The notes under the pieces were generated by a model. That model made no database searches and had not been told where the DNA came from. It was given only the letters and a program-made list of their open reading frames with translations. Both the position numbers and the translations under genes were made by a program. Positions 1 to 9,459 of a stretch of DNA of 64,000 bases are shown piece after piece (the first letter of the stretch is position 1; every line of letters starts with the position of its first letter). Source of the DNA: Candidatus Oxydemutatoraceae bacterium (lineage in GTDB: Bacteria > Pseudomonadota > Gammaproteobacteria > Poriferisulfidales > Oxydemutatoraceae); assembly GCA_965237985.1 (NCBI GenBank), contig OZ250161.1, positions 1,771,913 to 1,835,912 on the forward strand, given 5' to 3'.

Positions 1-889
1 GGCGCAAGGGGAACCGCAGATGACTGTGTTGTTGGCGGAGAACGGGAGTTTGCCTGCTGATGATCCATATTGTGGGCGATACCCGGGAGCAGAAACAACG
101 ATACGCAGGAGCAAAGTGGGGGCAGAGTCGGGGAGAGGTGGCTGTGTGCCAATAAGCTTGGCAGCGGCACCGAACTTTACAGGGGTTGCAGATGGCAAGA
201 CAGTGGGCGTGGTGGATTGGATTTTGGTGGAGATAAGGGCTTCGGACGCGACTGAGGCAGAGGAGTTTGTAGGCGACACTGTGACGGTGCAAATACCGGC
301 ATTGTTGTTGAGCAACGGTCTCGTGGTTGATGCCGAGCGATTTGCCGGGAGTAGTTCCGTATTGAGCGATGCTGACAGAACTCTATGTGCCACCGTGGGG
401 AATGGATGCGATGCTGCAGATGTTGAAGTGCCGAGTGAGGCGTTCCCCGTTGCCGTTGGTACCAATGTTCGCGTGGTTATCAGACATAGAAACCATTTGG
501 ATGTCATGTCTGCGGTGCCTGTGGTTGAAACAGACGGTGTTCGCATGTTTGACTTCACAACGGTGACAAATGTTTACACGCCATTAGCTGACATACCTGC
601 TGTTTGGAGTTATAACAGTGAATTGAGAGGTGACTTGGAGAGAATTTTGTCCCCATACCCGGATTATGCATTCTTAGTCCCTGGTGATACGAATGGAAAT
701 GGAGTAGTGGAACCTGTTGATGTTACCGGCGCGACGGGTTTTACAGGTGCCTTTGTCAGTGGAGACACAACCGGGTACAACGATGCAGATACCAGCATGA
801 ACAATGTAGTGGCACCTGATGATGTGACGGAACGCGGCTTCACGACGGCATTCGTTTCGGGAGCAGCCAGTTCACTAGTTCCGAATTAA
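1..889 (+). CDS. 3' part of a secreted/surface protein gene (5' end outside the window) with dockerin/EF-hand-like Asp-Asn-Gly motifs
   Basis: The frame is open from position 2, with no stop before the first ATG at 20, and the stop is at 887-889. It contains VPGDTNGNGVVEPVDV (a dockerin-type Ca-binding-like loop) and DWILVEIR. No specific function can be assigned. Confidence 0.5.
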   Translation, partial: AQGEPQMTVLLAENGSLPADDPYCGRYPGAETTIRRSKVGAESGRGGCVPISLAAAPNFTGVADGKTVGVVDWILVEIRASDATEAEEFVGDTVTVQIPALLLSNGLVVDAERFAGSSSVLSDADRTLCATVGNGCDAADVEVPSEAFPVAVGTNVRVVIRHRNHLDVMSAVPVVETDGVRMFDFTTVTNVYTPLADIPAVWSYNSELRGDLERILSPYPDYAFLVPGDTNGNGVVEPVDVTGATGFTGAFVSGDTTGYNDADTSMNNVVAPDDVTERGFTTAFVSGAASSLVPN

Positions 890-973
890 TATCAGGTGCC
901 ATTCGCAGAAATTTTTGAATTGGGCAGAATTGACGGTTCTGCTTGTTTCTCTTAGTCAAGAGGGAGTATACAG

Positions 974-3900
974 ATGTTTTCATTGAACTTTAGTCCACAA
1001 GGTGAAGCAGCAAAGAAGTGTTTGACTAGAGGCGGTTTGCTCGTTTTGTTCTTGGCAATGGGAAATGCCGGTGCACAGGAGTTCGATTTTAACAGAGAAA
1101 ACTTTCTGGTGCCGCCTGTGCCGATAGTGGCAACGTGTTCGGACTGTGTGGGGGAGTTATTTCTCAGAATGAGCGAGCCTGAAATCGCCGATGGCAGAGC
1201 ATCAATCGGTGTTTTGCTGAGGGCCAGCCTTTCCAGTAGTTTTACGGCAACCCCCTACTTGGGCAACTACGTATTTCATGTTGCTGTTGGCGGTGTTGGT
1301 ATAGAACTTGTTAGAACGTCTTGCAATTTTACTGTGGCGAGTGGTGTGCAGAGCACTTACAACCCGGTTCCTTTGGCTGTGGGCTCAGCGAGTCCGCTGT
1401 CACTTACGGTGAACCAAGTGGCCCCGGGTTTCGGTTTGAGTTCACCGTCGACTGATACACACTACAGGCTGAGCACGGATGGGTTTAGCCAGTTCGGTAC
1501 ATTCAGTTGTCCGATCAGCGATACGAGTGGTGTAAATGCATACATTCTGGCTCCGGTTAACGTCTATGGATTTACTGTTCAGGTGGGGGTGGGTAACCAA
1601 CAGAAATTGTTGCTGAGGGCTGATAATTCGTACCGGTACTATCCTCTTGATGGTGACGCACCATTTGTAGCTGCAACAGGTGATCCTGTTGACTCCAGTA
1701 CCGTCACAGTGAGCCTAACGAGCAATTTGGTTGGTGTGCCGTCAACTGCAAGGAACTTTACCTTTAGCCCTGGGTGTGGCGTCGCTCCCGACAGTAGCGT
1801 CGCTCCCGTCGTTCCTGAAGTGCCAATTACCACCACTGTTACAGATATAAAAATATCTTTTGGAGAATCGCAGATATACAACGATTGTGTGGTGACTTAT
1901 GACGTGGTGGTTCCAGGTAATAGCTACAGCCTCACACAACGTCTGGGGGAAACGCCCATTCCGCCTGGTGGGGATGTTGTCAGCACAGTAGTGGTGTCCC
2001 TGAATGTTGGTTCTTCGAGTCCAATACAAGTTATTGACTTGGAAGACCCAAACTTGGTGTATTCGGCTTATGCCAATGTGAGGACAACCAGCGGTGATCC
2101 TCTACCCGTTTCTGCGGCGTATAGCCTGGATGGTGAAGAAATCGACAATGCTGATATTGGCGACGAAGTTACTGTTCAATTTTCCGATCGGAACAAGGAA
2201 ATTAATTTGAACATCGCCTTTAATGCAGCGAGAGAAGCGGCCATAAGAAGCATGAGTGGCGCCAACCCGGTGCAGATTCTGACGCTTGAAGTAAGGGTTG
2301 GTGACAGTGAACCATGGAGCAAATCATACTTGGTGGTTAGTAAAACTGAGGTTGCTGCTGCTATGAATCTCTACAGAAATTTCTTGGGTACTGTAATTAC
2401 CAGCACAGAAGGAATTGTCGGCGAAGAGGTAGATGCTGGATTCTTTCTGGCTCAGCTTCTTAGCACCGGTGCTGCTGTGATTGTAGATAAAGACGTCATT
2501 CAAAACGTATTGAATGCCGCGGTTGGAGGCCTGATAAATCTTCCGGACAGTGGGTTTAGTTCCAGTATACAGAATGAAGTTTTGACTGATGCGTACAGTT
2601 TTTCTGGATCACTTGATAATCTGGGTGTCACAGAGGCGAGTTTCGTCATTGATCTCGGTTCCAGTCAATTGACGTCGCCAGCGAGACTGGCTAAGCAAAT
2701 CAGAACTGGTGTCGAGCAGTGGAGGGGGGTTGATAACGGTTCTGGTGGCAGCGTAAGTTACTCGACTAATAGATACTTGCTACCACCGTCACCGTGTCTG
2801 CCTGCAAATGCTGAATCGGGCTGGCTTGATACAGATAATGGTTATGGACTGTTGCCAGCAAGCAGCACTACTCCTATCAGGTGCATCAGGATAACCATAG
2901 CTGATAATGGTGTTTATGATGTTGACGGTGCTGATCCTGAACTTTTTGGTTTTATTTCTGACTCGATTGTAGGGGTTGCAGACAGTCCTGACATTGTGCT
3001 TGCGCATGCACCACAGGGTTGCAGCTACGAGCCAGGTTATTTTCTTGCAGGTCCCGGTGACCCGATGCCGAATCGCTCAACTTGTGTGGGTTCAGTTACG
3101 GCGCAGATGAGGAACTTCAGAGCCACCGAAAGTACGGGAGATAGCAATGGTAGAGCCGTGGTGGACATTTGGCTCGAGACGGATTTACCTTCCACCCATA
3201 GTCGTTTCCTCGGTGGCTTTGAGTTTGACATTGCAGTTGATGGGGCCAAATATGGCGGAAGAGATGGTGGCGCTCCTACGGACAGCGGCATCGATTTAAG
3301 GGATAATGTTTGTGCTTTTTCCTATGCAGAGGGCGTGCTTGGCGGGTCAATAAATATAGATACGCGCACTTTTGAACCCGTCTTGTCCTTGGCAGTTTCT
3401 GCGGGCGCGCCTGAAGGTGGTAACCAAGTGGGTCTTATGACCAACTACGTCCTAAAAAGGGATTTCGAGCACTTTGGGACGTTCACCTGTCCAATTCTAG
3501 ATCGCTCCCTTGATAGGGGTTATGTTTTCGGTGCTAATAAAGTCTTTGAGTTTCGTGTGCATGATGAGAAGACCAACAGCTCTGGTGACTTTGACCCTCT
3601 GGTGCTGAGGGCTGATAATTCGTACCGGTACTATCCTCTTGATGGTGACGCACCATTTGTAGCTGCAACAGGTGATCCTGTTGACTCCAGTACCGTCACA
3701 GTGAGTCTAACGAGCAATTTGGTTGGTGTGCCGTCAACTGCAAGGAACTTTACCTTTAGCAGTGGTATCAATGGGTGTGGCGTCGCTCCCGTCGTTCCTG
3801 AAGTGCCAATTACCACCACTGTTACAGATATAAAAATATCTTTTGGAGAATCGCAGATAGACAACGATTGTGTGGTGACTTATGACGTGGTGGTTCCAGG

Positions 3901-6900
3901 TAATAGCTACAGCCTCACACAACGTCTGGGGGAAACGCCCATTCCGCCTGGTGGGGATGTTGTCAGCACAGTAGTGGTGTCCCTGAATGTTGGTTCGGAT
4001 CCAATACAAGTTATTGACTTGGAAGACCCAAACTTGGTGTATTCGGCTTATGCCAATGTGAGGACAACCAGCGGTGATCCTCTATCCGTTTCTGCGGCGT
4101 ATAGCCTGGATGGTGAAAAAATCGACAATGCTGATATTGGCGACGAAACTGTTCAATTTTCCGATCGGAACAAGGAAATTAATTTGAACCTCGCCTTTAA
4201 TGCAGCGAGAGAAGCGGCCATAAGAAGCATGAGTGGCGCCAACCCGGTGCAGATTCTGACGCTTGAAGTAAGGGTTGGTGACAGTGAACCATGGAGCAAA
4301 TCATACTTGGTGGTTAGTAAAACTGAGGTTGCTGCTGCTATGAATCTCTACAGAAATTTCTTGGGTACTGTAATTACCAGCACAGAAGGAATTGTCGGCG
4401 AAGAGGTAGATGCTGGATTCTTTCTGGCTCAGCTTCTTAGCACCGGTGCTGCTGTGATTGTAGATAAAGACGTCATTCAAAACGTATTGAATGCCGCGGT
4501 TGGAGGCCTGATAAATCTTCCGGACAGTGGGTTTAGTTCCAGTATACAGAATGAAGTTTTGACTGATGCGTACAGTTTTTCTGGATCACTTGATAATCTG
4601 GGTGTCACAGAGGCGAGTTTCGTCATTGATCTCGGTTCCAGTCAATTGACGTCGCCAGCGAGACTGGCTAAGCAAATCAGAACTGGTGTCGAGCAGTGGA
4701 GGGGGGTTGATAACGGTTCTGGTGGCAGCGTAAGTTACTCGACTAATAGATACTTGCTACCACCGTCACCGTGTCTGCCTGCAAATGCTGAATCGGGCTG
4801 GCTTGATACAGATAATGGTTATGGACTGTTGCCAGCAAGCAGCACTACTCCTATCAGGTGCATCAGGATAACCATAGCTGATAATGGTGTTTATGATGTT
4901 GACGGTGCTGATCCTGAACTTTTTGGTTTTATTTCTGACTCGATTGTAGGGGTTGCAGACAGTCCTGACATTGTGCTTGCGCATGCACCACAGGGTTGCA
5001 GCTACGAGCCAGGTTATTTTCTTGCAGGTCCCGGTGACCCGATGCCGAATCGCTCAACTTGTGTGGGTTCAGTTACGGCGCAGATGAGGAACTTCAGAGC
5101 CACCGATCAAAGTACGGAAGATAGCATGGGTAGAGCCGTGGTGGACATTTGGCTCAAGACGGATTTACCTTCCACCCATAGTCGTTTCCTCGGTGACTTT
5201 GAGTTTGACATTGCAGTTGATGGGGCCAAATATGGCGGAGGAGATGGTGGCGCTCCTACGGACAGCGGCATCGATTTAAGGGATAATAATGTTTGTGCTT
5301 TTTCCTATGCAGAGGGCGTGCTTGGCGGGTCAATAGATATAGCTACGCGCACTTTTGATCCCGTCTTGTCCTTGGCAGTTTCTGCGCGCGCGCCTGGAGA
5401 TGGTAACCGAGTGGGTCCTATGACCAACTACGTCCTAAAAAGGGATTTCGAGCGCTTTGGGACGTTCACCTGTCCAATTCTAGATCGCTCCCTTGATAGG
5501 GGTTATGTTTTCGGTGCTAATAAAGTCTTTGAGTTTCGTGTGCATGATGAGAAGACCAACAGCGTTGGTGACTTTGACCCTCTGGTGCTGAGGGCTGATA
5601 ATTCGTACCGGTACTATCCTCTTGATGGTGACGCACCATTTGTAGCTGCAACAGGTGATCCTGTTGACTCCAGTACCGTCACAGTGAGTCTAACGAGCAA
5701 TTTGGTTGGTGTGCCGTCAACTGCAAGGAACTTTACCTTTAGCCCTGGGTGTGGCGTCGCTCCCGACAGTAGCGTCGCTCCCGTCGTTCCTGATGTGCCA
5801 ATTACCCTCCTTGATACAGAAATACCTATAGTTTTTGCAAAATCGCAGATAGACAACGATTGTGTGGTGACTTATGACGTGGTGGTTCCAGGTAATAGCT
5901 ACAGCCTCACACAACGTCTGGGGGAAACGCCCATTCCGCCTGGTGGGGATGTTGTCAGCACAGTAGTGGTGTCCCTGAATGTTGGTTCGGATCCAATACA
6001 AGTTGTTGACTTGGAAGACCCAAACTTGGTGTATTCGGCTTATGCCAATGTGAGGACAACCAGCGGTGATCCTCTACCCGTTTCTGCGGCGTATAGCCTG
6101 GATGGTGAAGAAATCGACAATGCTGATATTGGCGACGAAGTTACTGTTCAATTTTCCGATCGGAACAAGGAAATTAATTTGAACATCGCCTTTAATGCAG
6201 CGAGAGAAGCGGCCATAAGAAGCATGAGTGGCGCCAACCCGGTGCAGATTCTGACGCTTGAAGTAAGGGTTGGTGACAGTGAACCATGGAGCAAATCATA
6301 CTTGGTGGTTAGTAAAACTGAGGTTGCTGCTGCTATGAATCTCTACAGAAATTTCTTGGGTACTGTAATTACCAGCACAGAAGGAATTGTCGGCGAAGAG
6401 GTAGATGCTGGATTCTTTCTGGCTCAGCTTCTTAGCACCGGTGCTGCTGTGATTGTAGATAAAGACGTCATTCAAAACGTATTGAATGCCGCGGTTGGAG
6501 GCCTGATAAATCTTCCGGACAGTGGGTTTAGTTCCAGTATACAGAATGAAGTTTTGACTGATGCGTACAGTTTTTCTGGATCACTTGATAATCTGGGTGT
6601 CACAGAGGCGAGTTTCGTCATTGATCTCGGTTCCAGTCAATTGACGTCGCCAGCGAGACTGGCTAAGCAAATCAGAACTGGTGTCGAGCAGTGGAGGGGG
6701 GTTGATAACGGTTCTGGTGGCAGCGTAAGTTACTCGACTAATAGATACTTGCTACCACCGTCACCGTGTCTGCCTGCAAATGCTGAATCGGGCTGGCTTG
6801 ATACAGATAATGGTTATGGACTGTTGCCAGCAAGCAGCACTACTCCTATCAGGTGCATCAGGATAACCATAGCTGATAATGGTGTTTATGATGTTGACGG

Positions 6901-9181
6901 TGCTGATCCTGAACTTTTTGGTTTTATTTCTGACTCGATTGTAGGGGTTGCAGACAGTCCTGACATTGTGCTTGCGCATGCACCACAGGGTTGCAGCTAC
7001 GAGCCAGGTTATTTTCTTGCAGGTCCCGGTGACCCGATGCCGAATCGCTCAACTTGTGTGGGTTCAGTTACGGCGCAGATGAGGAACTTCAGAGCCACCG
7101 ATCAAAGTACGGAAGATAGCATGGGTAGAGCCGTGGTGGACATTTGGCTCAAGACGGATTTACCTTCCACCCATAGTCGTTTCCTCGGTGACTTTGAGTT
7201 TGACATTGCAGTTGATGGGGCCAAATATGGCGGAGGAGATGGTGGCGCTCCTACGGACAGCGGCATCGATTTAAGGGATAATAATGTTTGTGCTTTTTCC
7301 TATGCAGAGGGCGTGCTTGGCGGGTCAATAGATATAGCTACGCGCACTTTTGATCCCGTCTTGTCCTTGGCAGTTTCTGCGCGCGCGCCTGGAGATGGTA
7401 ACCGAGTGGGTCCTATGACCAACTACGTCCTAAAAAGGGATTTCGAGCGCTTTGGGACGTTCACCTGTCCAATTCTAGATCGCTCCCTTGATAGGGGTTA
7501 TGTTTTCGGTGCTAATAAAGTCTTTGAGTTTCGTGTGCATGATGAGAAGACCAACAGCGTTGGTGACTTTGACCCTCTGGTGCTGAGGGCTGATAATTCG
7601 TACCGGTACTATCCTCTTGATGGTGACGCACCATTTGTAGCTGCAACAGGTGATCCTGTTGACTCCAGTACCGTCACAGTGAGTCTAACGAGCAATTTGG
7701 TTGGTGTGCCGTCAACTGCAAGGAACTTTACCTTTAGCCCTGGGTGTGGCGTCGCTCCCGACAGTAGCGTCGCTCCCGTCGTTCCTGATGTGCCAATTAC
7801 CACCACTGTTACAGATATAAAAATATCTTTTGGAGAATCGCAGATAGACAACGATTGTGTGGTGACTTATGACGTGGTGGTTCCAGGTAATAGCTACAGC
7901 CTCACACAACGTCTGGGGGAAACGCCCATTCCGCCTGGTGGGGATGTTGTCAGCACAGTAGTGGTGTCCCTGAATGTTGGTTCTTCGAGTCCAATACAAG
8001 TTATTGACTTGGAAGACCCAAACTTGGTGTATTCGGCTTATGCCAATGTGAGGACAACCAGCAGTGAGCGTCTATCCATTTTTGCGGCGTATAGCCTGGA
8101 TGGTGAAAAAATCGGCGGTGCTTCTCTCGGCGACGAAGTTACTGTTCAATTTTCCGATCAAAACAAGAAAATTGATTTGACCGAAGTCTTTATTGCAGCG
8201 AGAGAAGCGGCCATAAGAAGCATGAGTGGCGCCAACCCGGTGCAGATTCTGACGCTTGAAGTAAGGGTTGGTGACAGTGAACTATGGAGCAAATCATACT
8301 TGGTGGTTAGTAAAACTGCGGTTGCTTATGGCATGGCTGCCTACAGAGATCTCTTGAACACTGTAATTACCAGCACAGAAGGAATTGTCGGCGAAGAGGT
8401 AGATGCTGGATTCTTTCTGGCTGAACTTCTTAGTCGTAGCACCGGTGCTGCTGTGATTGTAGGTCAAGAGGTCATTCAAGGCGAATTGAATGACGCGGTT
8501 GGACGCCTGATAAATCTTCCGGAGAGTGGGTTTAGTAGTACGCAGAATAAAGTTTTGATAACTGATGCGTACACTTTTTCTGGATCACTTGATAATCTGG
8601 GTGTCACAGAGGCGAGTTTCGTCATTGATCTCGGAGACAGGCAATTGACGTCGCCAACGAGACTGGCTAAGCAAATCAGAACTGGTGGGGAGTACGAGCA
8701 GTGGAGAGGGGTTGATAACGGTTCTGGTGGCAGCGTAAGTTACTCGACTGTGGTCAACTTGCTAGGTGCTGGAGCGCAACCTCCCTGTCCCGAGGCTGCT
8801 GATGCTGTCGGCTGGATGAATACAGATAATGGAGTGTTACCGGCAGCTAGTCCTCTTGCTGATCAAATCAGGTGCATCAGGATAACCATAGCTGATGATG
8901 GTGTTTATGATGTTGACGGTGCTGATCTTGGACAACCTGGACTTTCTGGTTTTATTTCTGACCCGATTGCAGGGGTTGAAGACAGTCCTGACATTGTGCT
9001 TGCGCACGCTGGTGGCGGCGGTGGTAGCGATGGTTGGATTGTCGCACTCGCAGTTTTGGGAGGCTTGCTCTTTGCTGGCTCTGCTGGACTGTGGATGATC
9101 TTTGCTCTGCTTGCGATACTCGCCTTGTCCCTGTGGAGGAGGCGAAGCGAAGTTGTTGCTCATCATCGCAGTGAGTTCTAA
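974..9181 (+). CDS. Giant cell-surface repeat protein (2,735 aa) with an N-terminal signal peptide and a C-terminal Gly-rich/hydrophobic/Arg-rich sorting-signal-like tail
   Basis: Uninterrupted 8.2-kb ORF. An SD-like GAGGGAG (960-966) sits 7 nt upstream of ATG 974. The N-terminus KKCLTRGGLLVLFLAMGNAGA/QE looks like a Sec signal. It holds four roughly 660-aa near-identical units. The tail reads LAHAGGGGGSDGWIVALAVLGGLLFAGSAGLWMIFALLAILALSLWRRRS. A hairpin plus T-run terminator follows. Confidence 0.85.
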   Translation: MFSLNFSPQGEAAKKCLTRGGLLVLFLAMGNAGAQEFDFNRENFLVPPVPIVATCSDCVGELFLRMSEPEIADGRASIGVLLRASLSSSFTATPYLGNYVFHVAVGGVGIELVRTSCNFTVASGVQSTYNPVPLAVGSASPLSLTVNQVAPGFGLSSPSTDTHYRLSTDGFSQFGTFSCPISDTSGVNAYILAPVNVYGFTVQVGVGNQQKLLLRADNSYRYYPLDGDAPFVAATGDPVDSSTVTVSLTSNLVGVPSTARNFTFSPGCGVAPDSSVAPVVPEVPITTTVTDIKISFGESQIYNDCVVTYDVVVPGNSYSLTQRLGETPIPPGGDVVSTVVVSLNVGSSSPIQVIDLEDPNLVYSAYANVRTTSGDPLPVSAAYSLDGEEIDNADIGDEVTVQFSDRNKEINLNIAFNAAREAAIRSMSGANPVQILTLEVRVGDSEPWSKSYLVVSKTEVAAAMNLYRNFLGTVITSTEGIVGEEVDAGFFLAQLLSTGAAVIVDKDVIQNVLNAAVGGLINLPDSGFSSSIQNEVLTDAYSFSGSLDNLGVTEASFVIDLGSSQLTSPARLAKQIRTGVEQWRGVDNGSGGSVSYSTNRYLLPPSPCLPANAESGWLDTDNGYGLLPASSTTPIRCIRITIADNGVYDVDGADPELFGFISDSIVGVADSPDIVLAHAPQGCSYEPGYFLAGPGDPMPNRSTCVGSVTAQMRNFRATESTGDSNGRAVVDIWLETDLPSTHSRFLGGFEFDIAVDGAKYGGRDGGAPTDSGIDLRDNVCAFSYAEGVLGGSINIDTRTFEPVLSLAVSAGAPEGGNQVGLMTNYVLKRDFEHFGTFTCPILDRSLDRGYVFGANKVFEFRVHDEKTNSSGDFDPLVLRADNSYRYYPLDGDAPFVAATGDPVDSSTVTVSLTSNLVGVPSTARNFTFSSGINGCGVAPVVPEVPITTTVTDIKISFGESQIDNDCVVTYDVVVPGNSYSLTQRLGETPIPPGGDVVSTVVVSLNVGSDPIQVIDLEDPNLVYSAYANVRTTSGDPLSVSAAYSLDGEKIDNADIGDETVQFSDRNKEINLNLAFNAAREAAIRSMSGANPVQILTLEVRVGDSEPWSKSYLVVSKTEVAAAMNLYRNFLGTVITSTEGIVGEEVDAGFFLAQLLSTGAAVIVDKDVIQNVLNAAVGGLINLPDSGFSSSIQNEVLTDAYSFSGSLDNLGVTEASFVIDLGSSQLTSPARLAKQIRTGVEQWRGVDNGSGGSVSYSTNRYLLPPSPCLPANAESGWLDTDNGYGLLPASSTTPIRCIRITIADNGVYDVDGADPELFGFISDSIVGVADSPDIVLAHAPQGCSYEPGYFLAGPGDPMPNRSTCVGSVTAQMRNFRATDQSTEDSMGRAVVDIWLKTDLPSTHSRFLGDFEFDIAVDGAKYGGGDGGAPTDSGIDLRDNNVCAFSYAEGVLGGSIDIATRTFDPVLSLAVSARAPGDGNRVGPMTNYVLKRDFERFGTFTCPILDRSLDRGYVFGANKVFEFRVHDEKTNSVGDFDPLVLRADNSYRYYPLDGDAPFVAATGDPVDSSTVTVSLTSNLVGVPSTARNFTFSPGCGVAPDSSVAPVVPDVPITLLDTEIPIVFAKSQIDNDCVVTYDVVVPGNSYSLTQRLGETPIPPGGDVVSTVVVSLNVGSDPIQVVDLEDPNLVYSAYANVRTTSGDPLPVSAAYSLDGEEIDNADIGDEVTVQFSDRNKEINLNIAFNAAREAAIRSMSGANPVQILTLEVRVGDSEPWSKSYLVVSKTEVAAAMNLYRNFLGTVITSTEGIVGEEVDAGFFLAQLLSTGAAVIVDKDVIQNVLNAAVGGLINLPDSGFSSSIQNEVLTDAYSFSGSLDNLGVTEASFVIDLGSSQLTSPARLAKQIRTGVEQWRGVDNGSGGSVSYSTNRYLLPPSPCLPANAESGWLDTDNGYGLLPASSTTPIRCIRITIADNGVYDVDGADPELFGFISDSIVGVADSPDIVLAHAPQGCSYEPGYFLAGPGDPMPNRSTCVGSVTAQMRNFRATDQSTEDSMGRAVVDIWLKTDLPSTHSRFLGDFEFDIAVDGAKYGGGDGGAPTDSGIDLRDNNVCAFSYAEGVLGGSIDIATRTFDPVLSLAVSARAPGDGNRVGPMTNYVLKRDFERFGTFTCPILDRSLDRGYVFGANKVFEFRVHDEKTNSVGDFDPLVLRADNSYRYYPLDGDAPFVAATGDPVDSSTVTVSLTSNLVGVPSTARNFTFSPGCGVAPDSSVAPVVPDVPITTTVTDIKISFGESQIDNDCVVTYDVVVPGNSYSLTQRLGETPIPPGGDVVSTVVVSLNVGSSSPIQVIDLEDPNLVYSAYANVRTTSSERLSIFAAYSLDGEKIGGASLGDEVTVQFSDQNKKIDLTEVFIAAREAAIRSMSGANPVQILTLEVRVGDSELWSKSYLVVSKTAVAYGMAAYRDLLNTVITSTEGIVGEEVDAGFFLAELLSRSTGAAVIVGQEVIQGELNDAVGRLINLPESGFSSTQNKVLITDAYTFSGSLDNLGVTEASFVIDLGDRQLTSPTRLAKQIRTGGEYEQWRGVDNGSGGSVSYSTVVNLLGAGAQPPCPEAADAVGWMNTDNGVLPAASPLADQIRCIRITIADDGVYDVDGADLGQPGLSGFISDPIAGVEDSPDIVLAHAGGGGGSDGWIVALAVLGGLLFAGSAGLWMIFALLAILALSLWRRRSEVVAHHRSEF
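1611..9000 (+). repeat. Four in-frame tandem copies (about 1.99 kb each) inside the giant gene
   Basis: TGCTGAGGGCTGATAATTCGTACCGG recurs at 1611, 3603, 5586 and 7581. The periods are 1992, 1983 and 1995 nt, all multiples of 3. Antisense track ORFs 2789..3007, 4766..4984 and 6761..6979 translate identically (72 aa), so those 219-nt stretches are identical in three copies. The fourth copy diverges after about 8050. Confidence 0.95.
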
Positions 9182-9203
9182 GTAAACCAGCTTCATGAAT
9201 GAA

Positions 9204-9234
9204 AAGGCGGGCGCTTCGGTGCCCGCCTTTTTTT
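9204..9234 (+). terminator. Rho-independent terminator after the giant gene
   Basis: AAGGCGGGC-gcttcggt-GCCCGCCTT followed by a T-run, 23 nt after the stop. A second hairpin, ACGGCTGT-ttcaga-ACAGCCGT, lies at about 9241-9262. Confidence 0.8.
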
Positions 9235-9459
9235 GTCTTGACGGCTGTTTCAGAACAGCCGTAATCGAAAGTCTGCTTCAGATGATCGATTGAAGCCACT
9301 TTTGCCTGCTGTCACAGTTATGGAACCGTGAAGCTTTTTTTTAACAGATGCCTGATGTCAAAAAAGTTATGCTGAGAGGCTGGGGCTGGTTCGTGTTGTG
9401 GTGTTGAAGCGGTAATGGGTATGCGGGTTTGTTTTTAACAACCATGCGGTGGTTGCCAA

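Noticed and set aside
1639-8479. Recurrent 61-95-aa antisense ORFs inside giant gene 1, and similarly 14417..18766 inside giant gene 2
   Set aside because: They recur only because the sense-strand repeat recurs. They overlap a long uninterrupted sense ORF and have arbitrary composition.
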